Of a stretch of 64,000 nt of DNA, positions 11,844-24,119 are shown piece after piece (position 1 is the stretch's first letter; the number at the start of each line of letters is the position of its first letter). This stretch comes from Narcine bancroftii. Lineage: Eukaryota. Position numbers and translations under genes: made by a program. Under the pieces are notes generated by a model. It searched no databases. It saw only the letters and a list, made by a program, of their open reading frames with translations, and was not told where the DNA came from. The stretch is from contig NC_091473.1 in the NCBI RefSeq assembly GCF_036971445.1, positions 206,398,001-206,462,000 on the forward strand. The letters run 5' to 3'.

Positions 11844-14759
11844 ACGATAGTTAAATCGGGCTCTCACCACATGCTTCGTTAAAAGGGTGTTCAGATGCAG
11901 ATAATTTTCATAGGTATTAGCATAAAAAGTTGTAAACGTTATTTGTCTCATGTCCTTCAATATTCTCCATAAGCTAAATACCCGCTCCCAATGAACACCC
12001 CCCGCTTCTATTCTGACCACCAGAGTGATCATGGTGAGAAACACGAAAATTTGTAGGCGCTGTAACTGAAATAAGTACACACTGCGTAATTTGATTATTC
12101 CTTGAATAAGGGCTTGCAAATATATCTTTGTTTTGTTTTTTGTTTTTTTATGAACTCTGTAACGCTCGGCTGAGTTCCTACAGAATTTTGATATGTTTTT
12201 ACCAGAAGGATCAACAACGTCCATCGGGCGTCTCTACTTGGAAGATGATTGAATGACATCGTTCTACTGATCGAATTCTTTCTCAATCAGAACAGAGTTC
12301 ATGATTCCACAATCCTCTCCTTTAACCGATAATAGATTCACAATGCATCAGATATTTTGATGTACAACGTATCTTGTGCCTGTTGTGAATTTCTGAGGAA
12401 AGGTAATGCGGAAATTGNNNNNNNNNNNNNNNNNNNNNNNNNNNNNNNNNNNNNNNNNNNNNNNNNNNNNNNNNNNNNNNNNNNNNNNNNNNNNNNNNNN
12501 NNNNNNNNNNNNNNNNNNNNNNNNNNNNNNNNNNNNNNNNNNNNNNNNNNNNNNNNNNNNNNNNNNNNNNNNNNNNNNNNNNNNNNNNNNNNNNNNNNNN
12601 NNNNNNNNNNNNNNNNNNNNNNNNNNNNNNNNNNNNNNNNNNNNNNNNNNNNNNNNNNNNNNNNNNNNNNNNTAACCTGCTGAAATTTTCCTATCTGGAG
12701 TGGAAAAACAGAATGGCATTCTCTCGTGTCCTTGATCGTCCTCTATTGCTCTAGAAGTTTGTTTGTTCCACTTCATGTGGCAAAAGGATCGATGGAAGTA
12801 TCAACTGTGACTATCTGCTTAGATTGGCCGTCAGGAGTAGCGGTCGCCCGTCTTAATGTTGACTCTGTGGCCACTGTCATCACGATCTAGCTAAGTTATT
12901 TCATTTTGAATGAGAATGCTATCACATGTTTGCAGATATATCGTCCACCCAATCCGCTGTTTGTCAGTTGTTGGTGCAGCAGAGTAGTAGGGTCATTGAG
13001 TAGCATTTGTGTTGCTGCCTTTGGTTTGCCGGATATTATTTATACTCACCCATGAAGTACTATGTGGTGTAGATTTGAGACTACTCCATCTTTCATATTG
13101 GTAACTGCAAGCAGAAATTGTAAAATTGAAGTCTTTATAAATATTAACATTGAAGATGAAAATCTCTGCCATACTGCTTTTGTGGAATGGGGCCGCCAGG
13201 ACTGAATGGACTTTGAAGTAACCAGAAAATAAGCCTTTAGACAGAGTACAGTCAGTAGCAACATTGGCGGGCAAAATGAGATAAAGGATTCTTGGAGTTC
13301 ATACCTTCTGTGGCAGGCTGTGAGATTAAAGATACAAGATACAAGTTATTATTGTTTTGGAGGGGTTTAAGTGGCCTTGATCAGGTCGAAAAGCATTAGG
13401 CTGCTGGCAATATTTTGCTGCATTGGATGTTATGCAATGGGAATATATAGAAAGACAAGTAGGTGGGTACAAAATGCATAATTTGAGTGATCAGTTCAGT
13501 AACATCCTATAACGTTGAAGTGATGAGTTTAAGGTAGATGCTGCCATGCATTAAGAATTTGAAATGCTGTTCGTGGAGGTAGGGCCACATGCAATTTGCT
13601 TTTTTAAACGATTAATGAAGAAGAGTCTAATAAAATTATCTTGCTGCATAAACGATTTCAATACATGAAATAAAAACGTGTTTTATTACATAGTCTCTTG
13701 TCTCCGCAATCTTGGTCAGTGAAGTAAACAACGAAAGTTAAGGAGAAATTAAAATATTTCCTCGCCACAGGGCATTTATGTCAAGGTTACGTGCGAGCAG
13801 AATGTTTCTTGGCATATTCAGACCGTTCGCCAACCTCTGTGTTGTTTATTTCTTATCTTCACATGTAAATTCAATCTAAACCTAAGTTTCGTCTCAACCC
13901 GATTACACACTCCTTAAAGCCGAGACATCAAGTCTAATGGGCTCAAGCTGAATAAGGCGACGATCACTGATTTGGTTATCCATTTCATTGAGAGAACATG
14001 GAAATTTTATCGGGATACGACGTGTCTGTTCAAAATAAAATAATGAAAAAGAGTTCCAACGAGGAACAAATAAACCATAGCCCCTGGTATTTTTTTATAG
14101 TGCGCAAAGAGAAATCGGGGTGATCCAGGGAGTCGGGCATCATGCATGAACAGAAATGGTCACCAAACACATCAGATCATAGCTCTTTGCACTGAATCTA
14201 TTATTGGTTCCTATCAGTCATTTTCACTGCCCATTGTAATGTACTCATATTGTCTAAGCCGCTGGGTTCCTTCAGATGTTTGTTTACATAGTTCCCAGGG
14301 CAGCCCAATAGAGTGCGATCTTGTTCTCGGAGATGCAAGATAGAGGCAATGAGGTTTTGTATCTGCTCCGCTATTCCACATATAATGATTCACAACAGAC
14401 GTCATTTTAATGTTCAACATCAATTATTAAATTCGAATATTACGCCCGAGTCCACTACTTTATTGACGGCATTCTTGATCATTATAGTCAAAAAAATAAC
14501 CAAAGCCGATTGGACAGTGGTCCAAGTATTTGTATCTCTTCGGGCTGTCTCCAGATCGAATCGTTGGGTATATTTCTCATCCACCACTTGGTTCCAGGCT
14601 TAACAAAACGATGTCTAATCCAATTAATCATTCACAAAAATAAGTATTCGAACGTTTCCCCACACTATCACATTCTGCATCATTGCCAGTTTGAAAGAAG
14701 TAATGTACTTCCCATCTGAATCACCTGGAACACCATGAAATGGCAAACAAACAAACTTT

Positions 14760-14783
14760 GAGTTGATTGGTGAAATGGAGGAA
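14760..14783 (+). promoter_or_regulatory. Candidate family A V promoter module: inverted CCAAT plus GAGGAA (ETS core)
   Basis: gagttgattgg..aaat.gaggaa is conserved upstream of all three family A leaders. Confidence 0.5.
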
Positions 14784-14954
14784 CAAATAGGGAACATGAG
14801 GGGGAGGGGGAGGGGGCACACAGCTTTGTGCTGTGCGGATGTCACACTGCCAATCAGAAGAGAGACCAGATGGCACATTTTTTCGTGCATTCGGTTTTAC
14901 AAAATTCTCAGTCAGGTCGATTCAGGTCAAATTCACCCGAAACTCAAAGGAGCT

Positions 14955-15006
14955 ATGTTATCTCTGTCTACTTATTGGCTTCTTACAGCAGTTTCTCTTT
15001 ACACTG
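14955..15006 (+). CDS. TRAV/TRDV: TCR alpha/delta V gene A1, leader exon
   Basis: MLSLSTYWLLTAVSLYT-G then gtaag; hydrophobic signal peptide with phase-1 donor. Confidence 0.92.
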
Positions 15007-15491
15007 GTAAGTTGACGGCATTTCCAATATCCCGCTTAATTCTGCTGCTGCAAAGGATATTTAATTAGTGAATTTCATGCATACACCGAAAGATTGGAAA
15101 TAAGGAGATTAACTCAGAATCGTGAATCCAATTCTTTGGCGAGCAATGTCCGAGAGGTTGAGGGAATAGTCAGGTCAATTTAAGCAGACGTTATGCACAT
15201 CTTTGGAAATTGTAACACTGGTACGTCACTCCTGTCGGCCTGGCGATTATCCTCCTGTTCCTACGATTTAAGGTCAATGTGAAGATGATGAAGGAAAGGG
15301 CTGGATATTATGGAAAGCAAGTTTCATTAATTTCGTCCATGCCGCTACCTTCTCTTGAAGTGTCATTTCATTTCTATTAATTATTTTTAATCTCAGACGT
15401 GTATCGCGGAAGGTAGCAGTTCTGGAAAATGTGCGCAGTTAGAAGATATTGGTGGTATTGGTAGATTCATGTTCTCCTCGGAATATTTCAG

Positions 15492-15798
15492 GACATTGTC
15501 GAGGCGACGCCGTGTCTCAGACACCAAGTACGATCACAGTGACTGAAGGAATGGACTCGAATTTGAACTGCAACTATACAGCGACAAGCACAAGCAACGC
15601 TGGATTAATATGGTACCGTATGTATCCAGGAAGATCACTCGACTTTTTGTTGATTAGAAGGCAATTTGACAGTGGGGGAAAACAAATTCCCGGTGAACGT
15701 TTCTCAGCGGAGCTCGATCATTCGAAGGGAATGGTTCCTCTGAAAATTACTGCAACGCAGCTGGGAGACGCCGCAATGTATTATTGTGCTCTGAGCCC
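15492..15798 (+). CDS. TRAV/TRDV: TCR alpha/delta V gene A1, V exon (apparently functional)
   Basis: tttcag acceptor in phase with the leader. DAVSQTP...LNCNY...IWYRMYPG...RFSAEL...VPLKITATQLGDAAMYYCALS; both Cys and the Trp present, no stops. Confidence 0.95.
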
Positions 15799-15837
15799 CA
15801 CAGAGGTACGGAACTGGGCTGAGACTGTACAACAACT
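15799..15837 (+). other. Recombination signal sequence (23-bp spacer) of V A1
   Basis: CACAGAG, 23 nt, ACAACAACT. Confidence 0.93.
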
Positions 15838-16353
15838 AACAGATCATCTCGCCGCGTATCAACGTGTGAAAACAAAGCTTTGAAAAATTATTTACTGCTC
15901 CGTCCATGCGTCACAACCCATGACTTTCGGTGATTATCCAATTTTGTGCTACTGATGAAATTATCTGAATGAAATAGCAGATACTATTTCTTGTCATGTA
16001 ATAAAACATCAATTGAATGTTAGACTGCCATTAGGTGGAGAAAGGATTTCCGTTAGCATTAGCATTGCTCGAAACCCGTGTAATGGAAAGAAAGTCCCTC
16101 CAGAAAAAAAGAGTGTCCGTGGGGAACTGCAGCCTCTGAGGCCCCACAATATTCTAGTGCAGTATAAATGATCGGCAAACGGCGCCCAAATCCAAACATC
16201 GAGCCCAATGAGGAAGCCTAAAGGCCCAAGGATCCTTCGAGAGTCCTCATTGTCTTTAGTATCACCTTAAATCCTTATACCGAAAACCGCTTCTCTGAAA
16301 ATTTCTGCAACGCAGCTGGGAGACGCCGCCATGTATTATTGTGCTCTGAGCCC

Positions 16354-16392
16354 CACAGAGGTACGGAACTGGGCTGAGACTGTACAACAACT
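16354..16392 (+). other. Second (orphan) 23-RSS, preceded by an LKISATQLGDAAMYYCALS stub
   Basis: Identical to 15799-15837. Confidence 0.93.
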
Positions 16393-16908
16393 AACAGATC
16401 ATGTCGCCGCGTATCAACGTGTGAAAACAAAGCTTTGAAAAATTATTTACTGCTCCGTCCATGCGTCACGACCCATGACTTTCGGTGATTATCCAATTTT
16501 GTGCTACTGATGAAATTATCTGAATGAAATAGCAGATACTATTTATTGTCATGTAATAAAACATCAATTGAATGTTAGACTGCCATTAGGTGGAGAAAGG
16601 ATTTCCGTTAGCATTATCATTGCTCGAAACCCGTGTAATGGAAAGAAAGTCCCTCCAGAAACAAAGAGTGTCCGTGCGGAACTGCAGCCTCTGAGGCCCC
16701 ACAATATTCTAGTGCAGTATAAATGATCGGAAAACGGCGCCAAAATCCAAACATCGAGCCCAATGAGGAAGCCTAAAGCCCCAAGGATCCTTCGAGAGTC
16801 CTCATTGTCTTTAGTATCACCTTAAATCCTTATACCGAAAACCGCTTCTCTGAAAATTTCTGCAACGCAGCTGGGAGACGCCGCCATGTATTATTGTGCT
16901 CTGAGCCC

Positions 16909-16947
16909 CACAGAGGTACGGAACTGGGCTGAGACTGTACAACAACT
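16909..16947 (+). other. Third (orphan) 23-RSS, preceded by the same stub
   Basis: Identical to 15799-15837. Confidence 0.93.
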
Positions 16948-19469
16948 AACAGATCATGTCGCCGCGTATCAACGTGTGAAATGCCTGCAGCTGGTGTGAA
17001 TCTTTTGGCCTCGAGTCGGTAGCAGCCCGCAGCCTGTGTGTTTTACACGCCTGTCAATCGCTAAGAGACGCCACATGCTTGTGTTGTAGAGGCCATCTCT
17101 GGCCCGTCACGATGGTCATCCTCTTCCTGTCGTCTCCTCTGATTCTCCGCCTCGACGGGCATATTCTTCCTGTTGCTGGTGCCCTGCATTGGTACACTCC
17201 ACTCACAGAGTCTTAAACCCCACGTAGCCGTCATCGGACACTTTTCTTCTATACTCCGCGGTCGCAAATATCAAAATAAACCACTCTCGATTATTTTGTC
17301 AGGCCACTGTCAGCCTGTACAGAGCCTTGGCACTACAGCTGAGTGCAAGAAAACCACAGGTCAGCAAGAAAGGCAGCGCTACCATTACAGCAGTCCCGGC
17401 AGTGCCACCATTACTTCTAATTCTGCGCCTACAGTCACTTGGCCAGATTAGAGCTGTGGCTTTGGATAATTAGACAGAATATCTCTTCGTCTCTCTCCTT
17501 TTGTCATCCGAGATTTTTCTCTGGTTCTGAAACCTTAACAGTGGAAAGAATTTCGCTTTTTAAATTAAAGCCATTATTGTATTGGAATAACCCGACTCAA
17601 CAAATTAAAAATCAATTCTATCCTGTTTCACCTGTTTATGCATCTTATTAGCCATTCAAATTCGCATCCAGATATCACTTTTATTTACTTAAAATGCCTC
17701 GAGTTTATGGACATTTCATTGATAAAGCATCACCAGTGAAATTACTGCAACTTCAACCTGACTTTGCAGAGCAATAGACTACAAATACAGGTGACGAGTG
17801 TTTGGCTGCAATGGTACCGCAAGGACGTGAATATGAATCATCACCACATCCTGAACCGGGGCATAGAGGAAACAGATAGGAAACATTTCAGGGCGCAGTT
17901 TTAGATACGTTTGTCATAGATATTACAACATATGGGCCACTTCAATAGATGTTGGCAAATCATTCTCATTCTCCATGCTATGAGACTTTGGGTGCTCATT
18001 TAATTTGCTAGGAAAATGCAGTATCCCTTTCATAGAAGGAGAGTTATTTCTTTAGATTAACTAATTTCGGAAACTTCTTGGTCTTTTTCAATCTTTCCCA
18101 CCTTTTGCTGTCCCTATAGTTGATCATGATTAGTATACCTGTGCTTCGGGGAAGATGCCAATATTTGTAAATATCCATTTCTAACCGGTCACACTCATAA
18201 CTCGCCCGCCCCACCCACGTCGGACAAAATATATATGAGATTTAAAACAGGAATACTCCACTCAGCCACACTGTTGATCTACTTGGATGGGGCTCGTATC
18301 TGGTCAGCGAAGATTCTTTTCTCTGTATTGACTCGGTTATCTCCATTGCTTGCACTTTTATTTGTAATATTACACACTGCTCATTATAAACAAAATGTGA
18401 CACTTACACAGCACTTATGCTTTATCATTGCATTACCTGGTGCAAATTATGTGTGTTGGCTTGTCTGTATAGGAGGCAAAACAAAGCTATTCATTCCGTA
18501 TCCGTTGAAAGGACAATGAACAATTAAATGTCATTTTCTGCATAAGGATAATGTAAATAAATATGTACCTGATATTATGTTTGAACACTATTTTACAATG
18601 TGGCATTCCGATTTGAAATGAGGCTGGCCGAATATTATAAGGATCAGTTTCACTGCAATAGATGTTTCAGAATCTAACATCCATCGAAACGTCTCTTTGG
18701 ATCGACACATTAAACTGAAGTGAAAGCAGACATACGGTTCATAAGCTGGGAAGAGCTATTTACTTTAATTTAGCTTTATGTTTCACGCCTTATATGTGCG
18801 GCTAAAATCCGAAAAGCGTCGAGTGTTGAAATAGTCCAAGCCCCCCAGCATGCCCACTCCAATAAAAATGTCCCAAGTAATACCACCTGCCTGTTTCGCT
18901 GACATCCTTCGAATCCTGGCAATTTAGCCGTCTAGTCATCTTAAACATTGCAAAAATATATATCTGCATTACCTCCTTCGGGCACCTGTTCCACACACAC
19001 GACACATTCGTGCTCCCTAAGTTCGTCTCAAATCTATCTTCCCTTCACTTGTGTTTCCAGAATTCCCTGCTCTGGGTAAAAGACTACTTTAATCCTATAT
19101 ACACCGATCTATCCTTCCAGATCTGGCCTCTGAGTCCTGGCAACATCCTGATAAATATTATCTTCATCATCTCGAGATTTACAACTTATTCTTTTATTGC
19201 ACAGTAATTTAATCAGAAGACAATAATATGAATATGGTGGAATAAAGGACACATACAACTACAAATTACGTTCAAATATCTGTAGCCATTACTGTAGCTG
19301 ATACGAATTAATCGGCGGAGAGACCCGTGACGAAAATATCGAACCGTTTAGAGATACTCTGTATCAGTAGGCCTCTGTTCTACAATATATCTCAGCTTCA
19401 TACCAGTGAGTGCATAGGTCCTGACCATGTTCGACCGCTGAAATAAAACACTTCACGTTTCTAAACTAC

Positions 19470-21340
19470 TGTAGAGCTCGTGGAAAGAACCATAGACTTT
19501 TTGATTCAAACCAAGATTTTTATTAGCAAAAGACGGGAGCTCTTCACAGGTGGCCGACCAGTGTGGAATGATCCGACTTGGCTAGGGACACAACCCTTTA
19601 AGGCCCAGTCAGTAGGCGTGGCTAAGCTCTCAGACAATCACTGTAAGCACAGTCATTACATACTCTAGATGCTGTAACTATTCTTCTTTTCTTTGGCTTG
19701 GCTTCGCGGACGAAGATTTATGGAGGGGGTAAAAAGTTCACGTCAGCTGCAGGCTCGTTTGTGGCTGACAAGTCCGATGCGGGACAGGCAGACACGATTG
19801 CAGCGGTTGCAAGGGAAAATTGGTTGGTTGGGGTTGGGTGTTGGGTTTTTGCTCCTTTGCCTTTTGTCAGTGAGGTGGGCTCTGCGGTCTTCTTCAAAGG
19901 AGGTTGCTGCCCGCCAAACTGTGAGGTGCCAAGATGCACGGTTTGAGGCGTTATCAGCCCACTGGCGGTGGTCAATGTGGCAGTCACCAAGAGATTTCTT
20001 TAGGCAGTCCTTATACCTTTTCTTTGGTGCACCTCTGTCACGGTGGCCAGTGGAGAGCTCGCCATATAACACAATCTTGGGAAGGCGATGGTCTTCCATT
20101 CTGGAGACGTGACCCATCCAGCGCAGCTGGATCTTCAGCAGCGTGGACTCGATGCTGTCGACCCCTGCCATCTCGAGTACTTCGACGTTAGGGGTGTAAG
20201 CGCTCCAATGGATGTTGAGGATGGAGTGGAGACAATGCTGGTGGAAGCGTTCTAGGAGCCGTAGGTGGTGCCGGTAGAGGACCCATGATTCAGAGCCGAA
20301 CAGGAGTGTGGGTATGACAACGGCTCTGTATACGCTTATCTTTGTGAGGTTTTTCAGTTGGTTGTTTTTCCAGACTCTTTTGTGTAGTCTTCCAAAGGCG
20401 CTATTTGCCTTGGCGAGTCTGTTGTCTATCTTATTGTCGATCCTTGCATCTGATGAAATGGTGCAGCCGAGATAGGTAAACTGGTTGACCGTTTTGAGTT
20501 TTGTGTGCCCGATGGAGATGTGGGGGGGCTGGTAGTCATGGTGGGGAGCTGGCTGATGGAGGACCTCAGTTTTCTTCAGGCTGACTTCCATGCCAAACAT
20601 TTTGGCAGTTTCCGCAAAGCAGGATGTCAAGCGCTGAAGAGCTGGCTCTTCAGCTGTAACTATATACATTGATTATAGGTCTGTACTATCACATTCACCC
20701 CTTCTTAGAGAACTGATCCTGGGGTGGAAGGGCTGAAGAGGGAGAAGGGAAGGAAACAAAACGAGGGAGAGAATGAAAGGAAGGGGTAGGTTAAGGACTG
20801 TAGCAGTCAGGGGGTCTGACCATCCGGCGTGACCGCTGTGGTGCCGGGATTGGGGTCGCTGGAGTGGTGTCACCAGTGGGCTCATCGGGAGCAACCGCTC
20901 CTTCGCTCAATTCCCCAGCCGTGTTGTCGGCAGAGTGGCCTGGGTCGTTGGTGTGCTGTTGATCCTTCTGTTTAGGCACGGGGCCTGGGGAATAAAGAGT
21001 TGGGGAAGTTTGGGTTGGGAGGGGTTGCTGGGCCTACCGCATCCTGAGCTAGGTCCCACACCGAAACAGTGTCCTCCCGCCCATCTGGGAACTCAACATA
21101 TGCGTAATGCGGGTTCACATGGTGTAGAGTCACTCGGTCGACCAAGGAGTCATTCTTTGAGTGCCGGACATGGCGTCGCAAAAGGATGGGGCCAGGGACA
21201 GTGAGCCATGCTGGTACTGTAGTTCCTGATTAGGATTTACTCAGGAAAAGGAACATCCTTTCGTGGGGGGTGGCATTTGTTGCGGTACATAGGAGGGAGC
21301 GGATGGAGTGTAAAGCACTATTGAGAACCTCCTGCCAGTA
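19470..21340 (-). mobile_element. Gypsy-like LTR retrotransposon 3' fragment (integrase end, PPT, 3' LTR)
   Basis: Minus strand reads YWQEVLNSALHSIRSLLCTATNATPHERMF and RRHVRHSK..NPHYAYVEFPDGREDTVS..DLA. PPT aagaaggggtgaa abuts an LTR TGTGATAG...CTACA (20693 to 19470). Confidence 0.85.
19682..20652 (-). mobile_element. RTE LINE, 5'-truncated, with an open ORF; inserted in the Gypsy LTR
   Basis: 308-aa ORF ending in CNRCNRVCLSRIGLVSHKRAC. 11-bp TSD gctgtaactat (19671-19681 and 20653-20663). Confidence 0.95.
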
Positions 21341-21723
21341 CTATCACAACTACATTCCAACAAGATTAAACAGCCCACCCAGCACAACATTTCAAGATTC
21401 AGTTGAAATCTTAAGCAAACATCTTCACCATCTAAAATGCCAAGGTCCACTCCAATGTATCCGGAAATTCGATTATCCTGCCAAGTACATTTTCAATTAC
21501 GTCATTGGTTTTAATGTCAAATAGCAATGGTCCAAAGAATGAAGCTAATGTACGAAAGAGAGTGAGTCTAGCAATTTCCTCAGTTGTAAGCACCAGATAA
21601 TCAAGAATATGAGAACAAGCAAAGTACCTGCGCCTGACTGGTGTGGCGTCAGACATATCAATTCAGCAGGATAAACAGCGGGAACCATCTCCCTTCTTCC
21701 AAGTTTGTTTTGAAAGCAGCATC

Positions 21724-22169
21724 CACGTACCCTGTGTGGTTCATGCTACATTTGTTATCTGTTGTTTCCCTGTGAGTCACTGATTAAATGGATCCTTTAC
21801 CGTCCGTTGCTACGATTCACCTTTAATCGTATCACACGTTCCGTGCTTTGTTGCCGGGGCCTTTGGTGGCGATTCTACCTCCCAGAATCTATCTGAAGTA
21901 TCGGTTGAAGAGGAACAAACTGTAACGATGACTTGCAATTACCCGGAAGCATTAGTTGCTGATATTGCCTTCTGGTACGTCCAGAACAAGTGCCGAGAAA
22001 TGTGCTAAAATATTATGCATTGTGGTCGAAAACCATTCTTCGGATTTCTGTTGTTGATCAGAAAGAAAGTCGCACAGTTCCTTTAATTATTTCCGGCGTC
22101 CTTGTCTTCTATTTAGCCGTGCCTTTCACACACATTACAGAAGAAAAGCAGCAAATTGGTACAATAACC
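21724..22169 (+). pseudogene. TCR V pseudogene, family B copy 3
   Basis: Decayed leader with gtgagt donor; acceptor mutated. GDSTSQNLSEVSVEEEQTVTMTCNY...AFWYVQ...RTVPLIISGV with deletions. RSS CACATTA (22131-22137), 23, ACAATAACC. Confidence 0.88.
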
Positions 22170-24119
22170 CTCATTAGTAGTTACAGTGAGTTATAACCAG
22201 ATGGCGTTCTTACCTCCGTAAACAAAGCAGATGTGAAAGCTGACACATATGATCCCGTAGAACAACCAAAAGCGAAATAAGCCCCTGACACAATTTAAAG
22301 GTAACTTCTGCGGAGGTGCATTTTTTGTCATTTTGTGCCAAGAACCGGCATCATCTCAATGAATATAGAGGGGAGAGTTTTAACGTAAAGACCAGAACGA
22401 ATGGCGTGGGACAAAGTATTTCAAATTCTTGGATCTATCAGGTGAGAGATATATGCGGATCGCACCTCTCTTGAAAGGTGTTCTACACCCTTTTTCAGCA
22501 CCGATGTGATCAATGTATCTGAGTACTCCATAGCATAAACTGCTTCTTCCTCAGTAACTACTTCACACAACTCGAATCAAGCAAAGTTTTATGCGGTTAC
22601 CATTCAAGTAATTTCCCTTGAATATCCATTGAACTGCATATTTACACAAGTGCCTTACCTATGGGATCCAGTCGAATTATGAGGATAATTATTGACGTCC
22701 GACATTGAATCCAATAACCCAGTATAAATGTCGCTTTGAAATCGTGTTGCCCGAAATTGTGAAGAAATTTAAAATCACAGAAATACTTCCTCATTTTTTG
22801 AACAAGAAAGCATTTGTGTTCTCTGCTACTTGACCATGGCTTTTTTACATGTTTGGACACAGTATAACTTTGAGGATCATAGCACGGATCAACTCTTTGC
22901 ATGAAAACTTCGAAAAAAGGAACTGACATCCTTTCCTTAACCACATGTTCCGACCCGATACGTTGCTTGTTTTTCCGGCGTCGTGGGAAAGTAAGGGCAT
23001 GAGGTTCGTTTCTGAAATAGTGGGATATTGAGAGAAACAATAATACATGAAGAAACCTAAAGGGTGGGAGATTGCGAGGGAGTTACAGAGACATGGAGAC
23101 AGATATTCAGACAGAGACTGAAAAACATTCAACTCACATAAAGAAAAAAATGTTATAGATTCGTGGAGTGTGGAAACAGACCATATCACACACCTTGAGC
23201 ATGCTGATCAAACTGTCCTACCCACACAAGTCTCACCTTGAAATCGTATGTGTCATATATCAATCACCTCATTCTGCAGACTGTTCTGCATATACACCAC
23301 CTCCACACTTTCGTTCACCTCAATAACCCGTTAAATATATTTTCCCGCACCTTAAGCCTATGGTTACAAATTACCCTACCCTAAGCAAAAGACTGTGCTC
23401 ACCCGATAAATCCCTCTGTGATTAAATGTACATTAAGAGATCACCGTAACCATCGCATGGCTCAATGAATGGTCATAGCCTTCTCAAAATTTCCATCCAC
23501 CTCAGGTTTCCAAATTGTCGCAACATCCCGATGAATATTCTCTTCAACCTTTCCAGTTCCACAACTTCGTTTCTATTTCCCGGTGACCATATTAGAACAA
23601 CAATAATCCAAAGGGGGCCACATCAACAACTCAAACAACTGAAAAATTACCAACAAACCTTGTATTCTAAACTTTGATTGATACTAGTTAATCTGAGTTC
23701 ATCCCTGTGACGCTTATATCTACCAGTTGAGAGATATCAGGACCCGAACCTCATTTTTCTTCAATGATTTTCAAATTCATTCCATTCAATCTGAGGATCA
23801 TGACCACACTTGAACTCCAAATGTAGCACCTCACATTTCTGAATTAAATTACAACAGCCATTCAACTGCATAACGGTTCAAACTTCTTCTGCAGTCGTTG
23901 GAATGTGTCTTCACAAACTAAAATACCAGACACTTCTGTGCCATTCGGAAATTTGAAAATCCTAAATTATGTCACTTGTGAGACATCAGCCAATCACATG
24001 CTGGAGGAACACCATTCACAGAAATACAAAATTTACTCAGTTATGAATTACCCCAAGCGTATGTTGTTAGTGTCTGGAACATAATACAAATACTCAAGTC
24101 TACTCCGTTTGTCCGGAGG

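Larger units (their letters stand above)
15738..16981 (+). repeat. 555-bp tandem repeat (about 2.2 copies) containing the FR3 end and RSS
   Basis: Units in register at 15741, 16296 and 16851. 11 substitutions and no indels between units 1 and 2. Confidence 0.97.

Noticed and set aside
16246-16353. Splice acceptor (ttgtctttag) that could turn the duplicated stub into a mini-exon
   Set aside because: A TAA lies between the acceptor and the stub in the V reading frame.
15738-16981. CRISPR-like array
   Set aside because: Eukaryotic context; whole 555-bp units repeat with no unique spacers.
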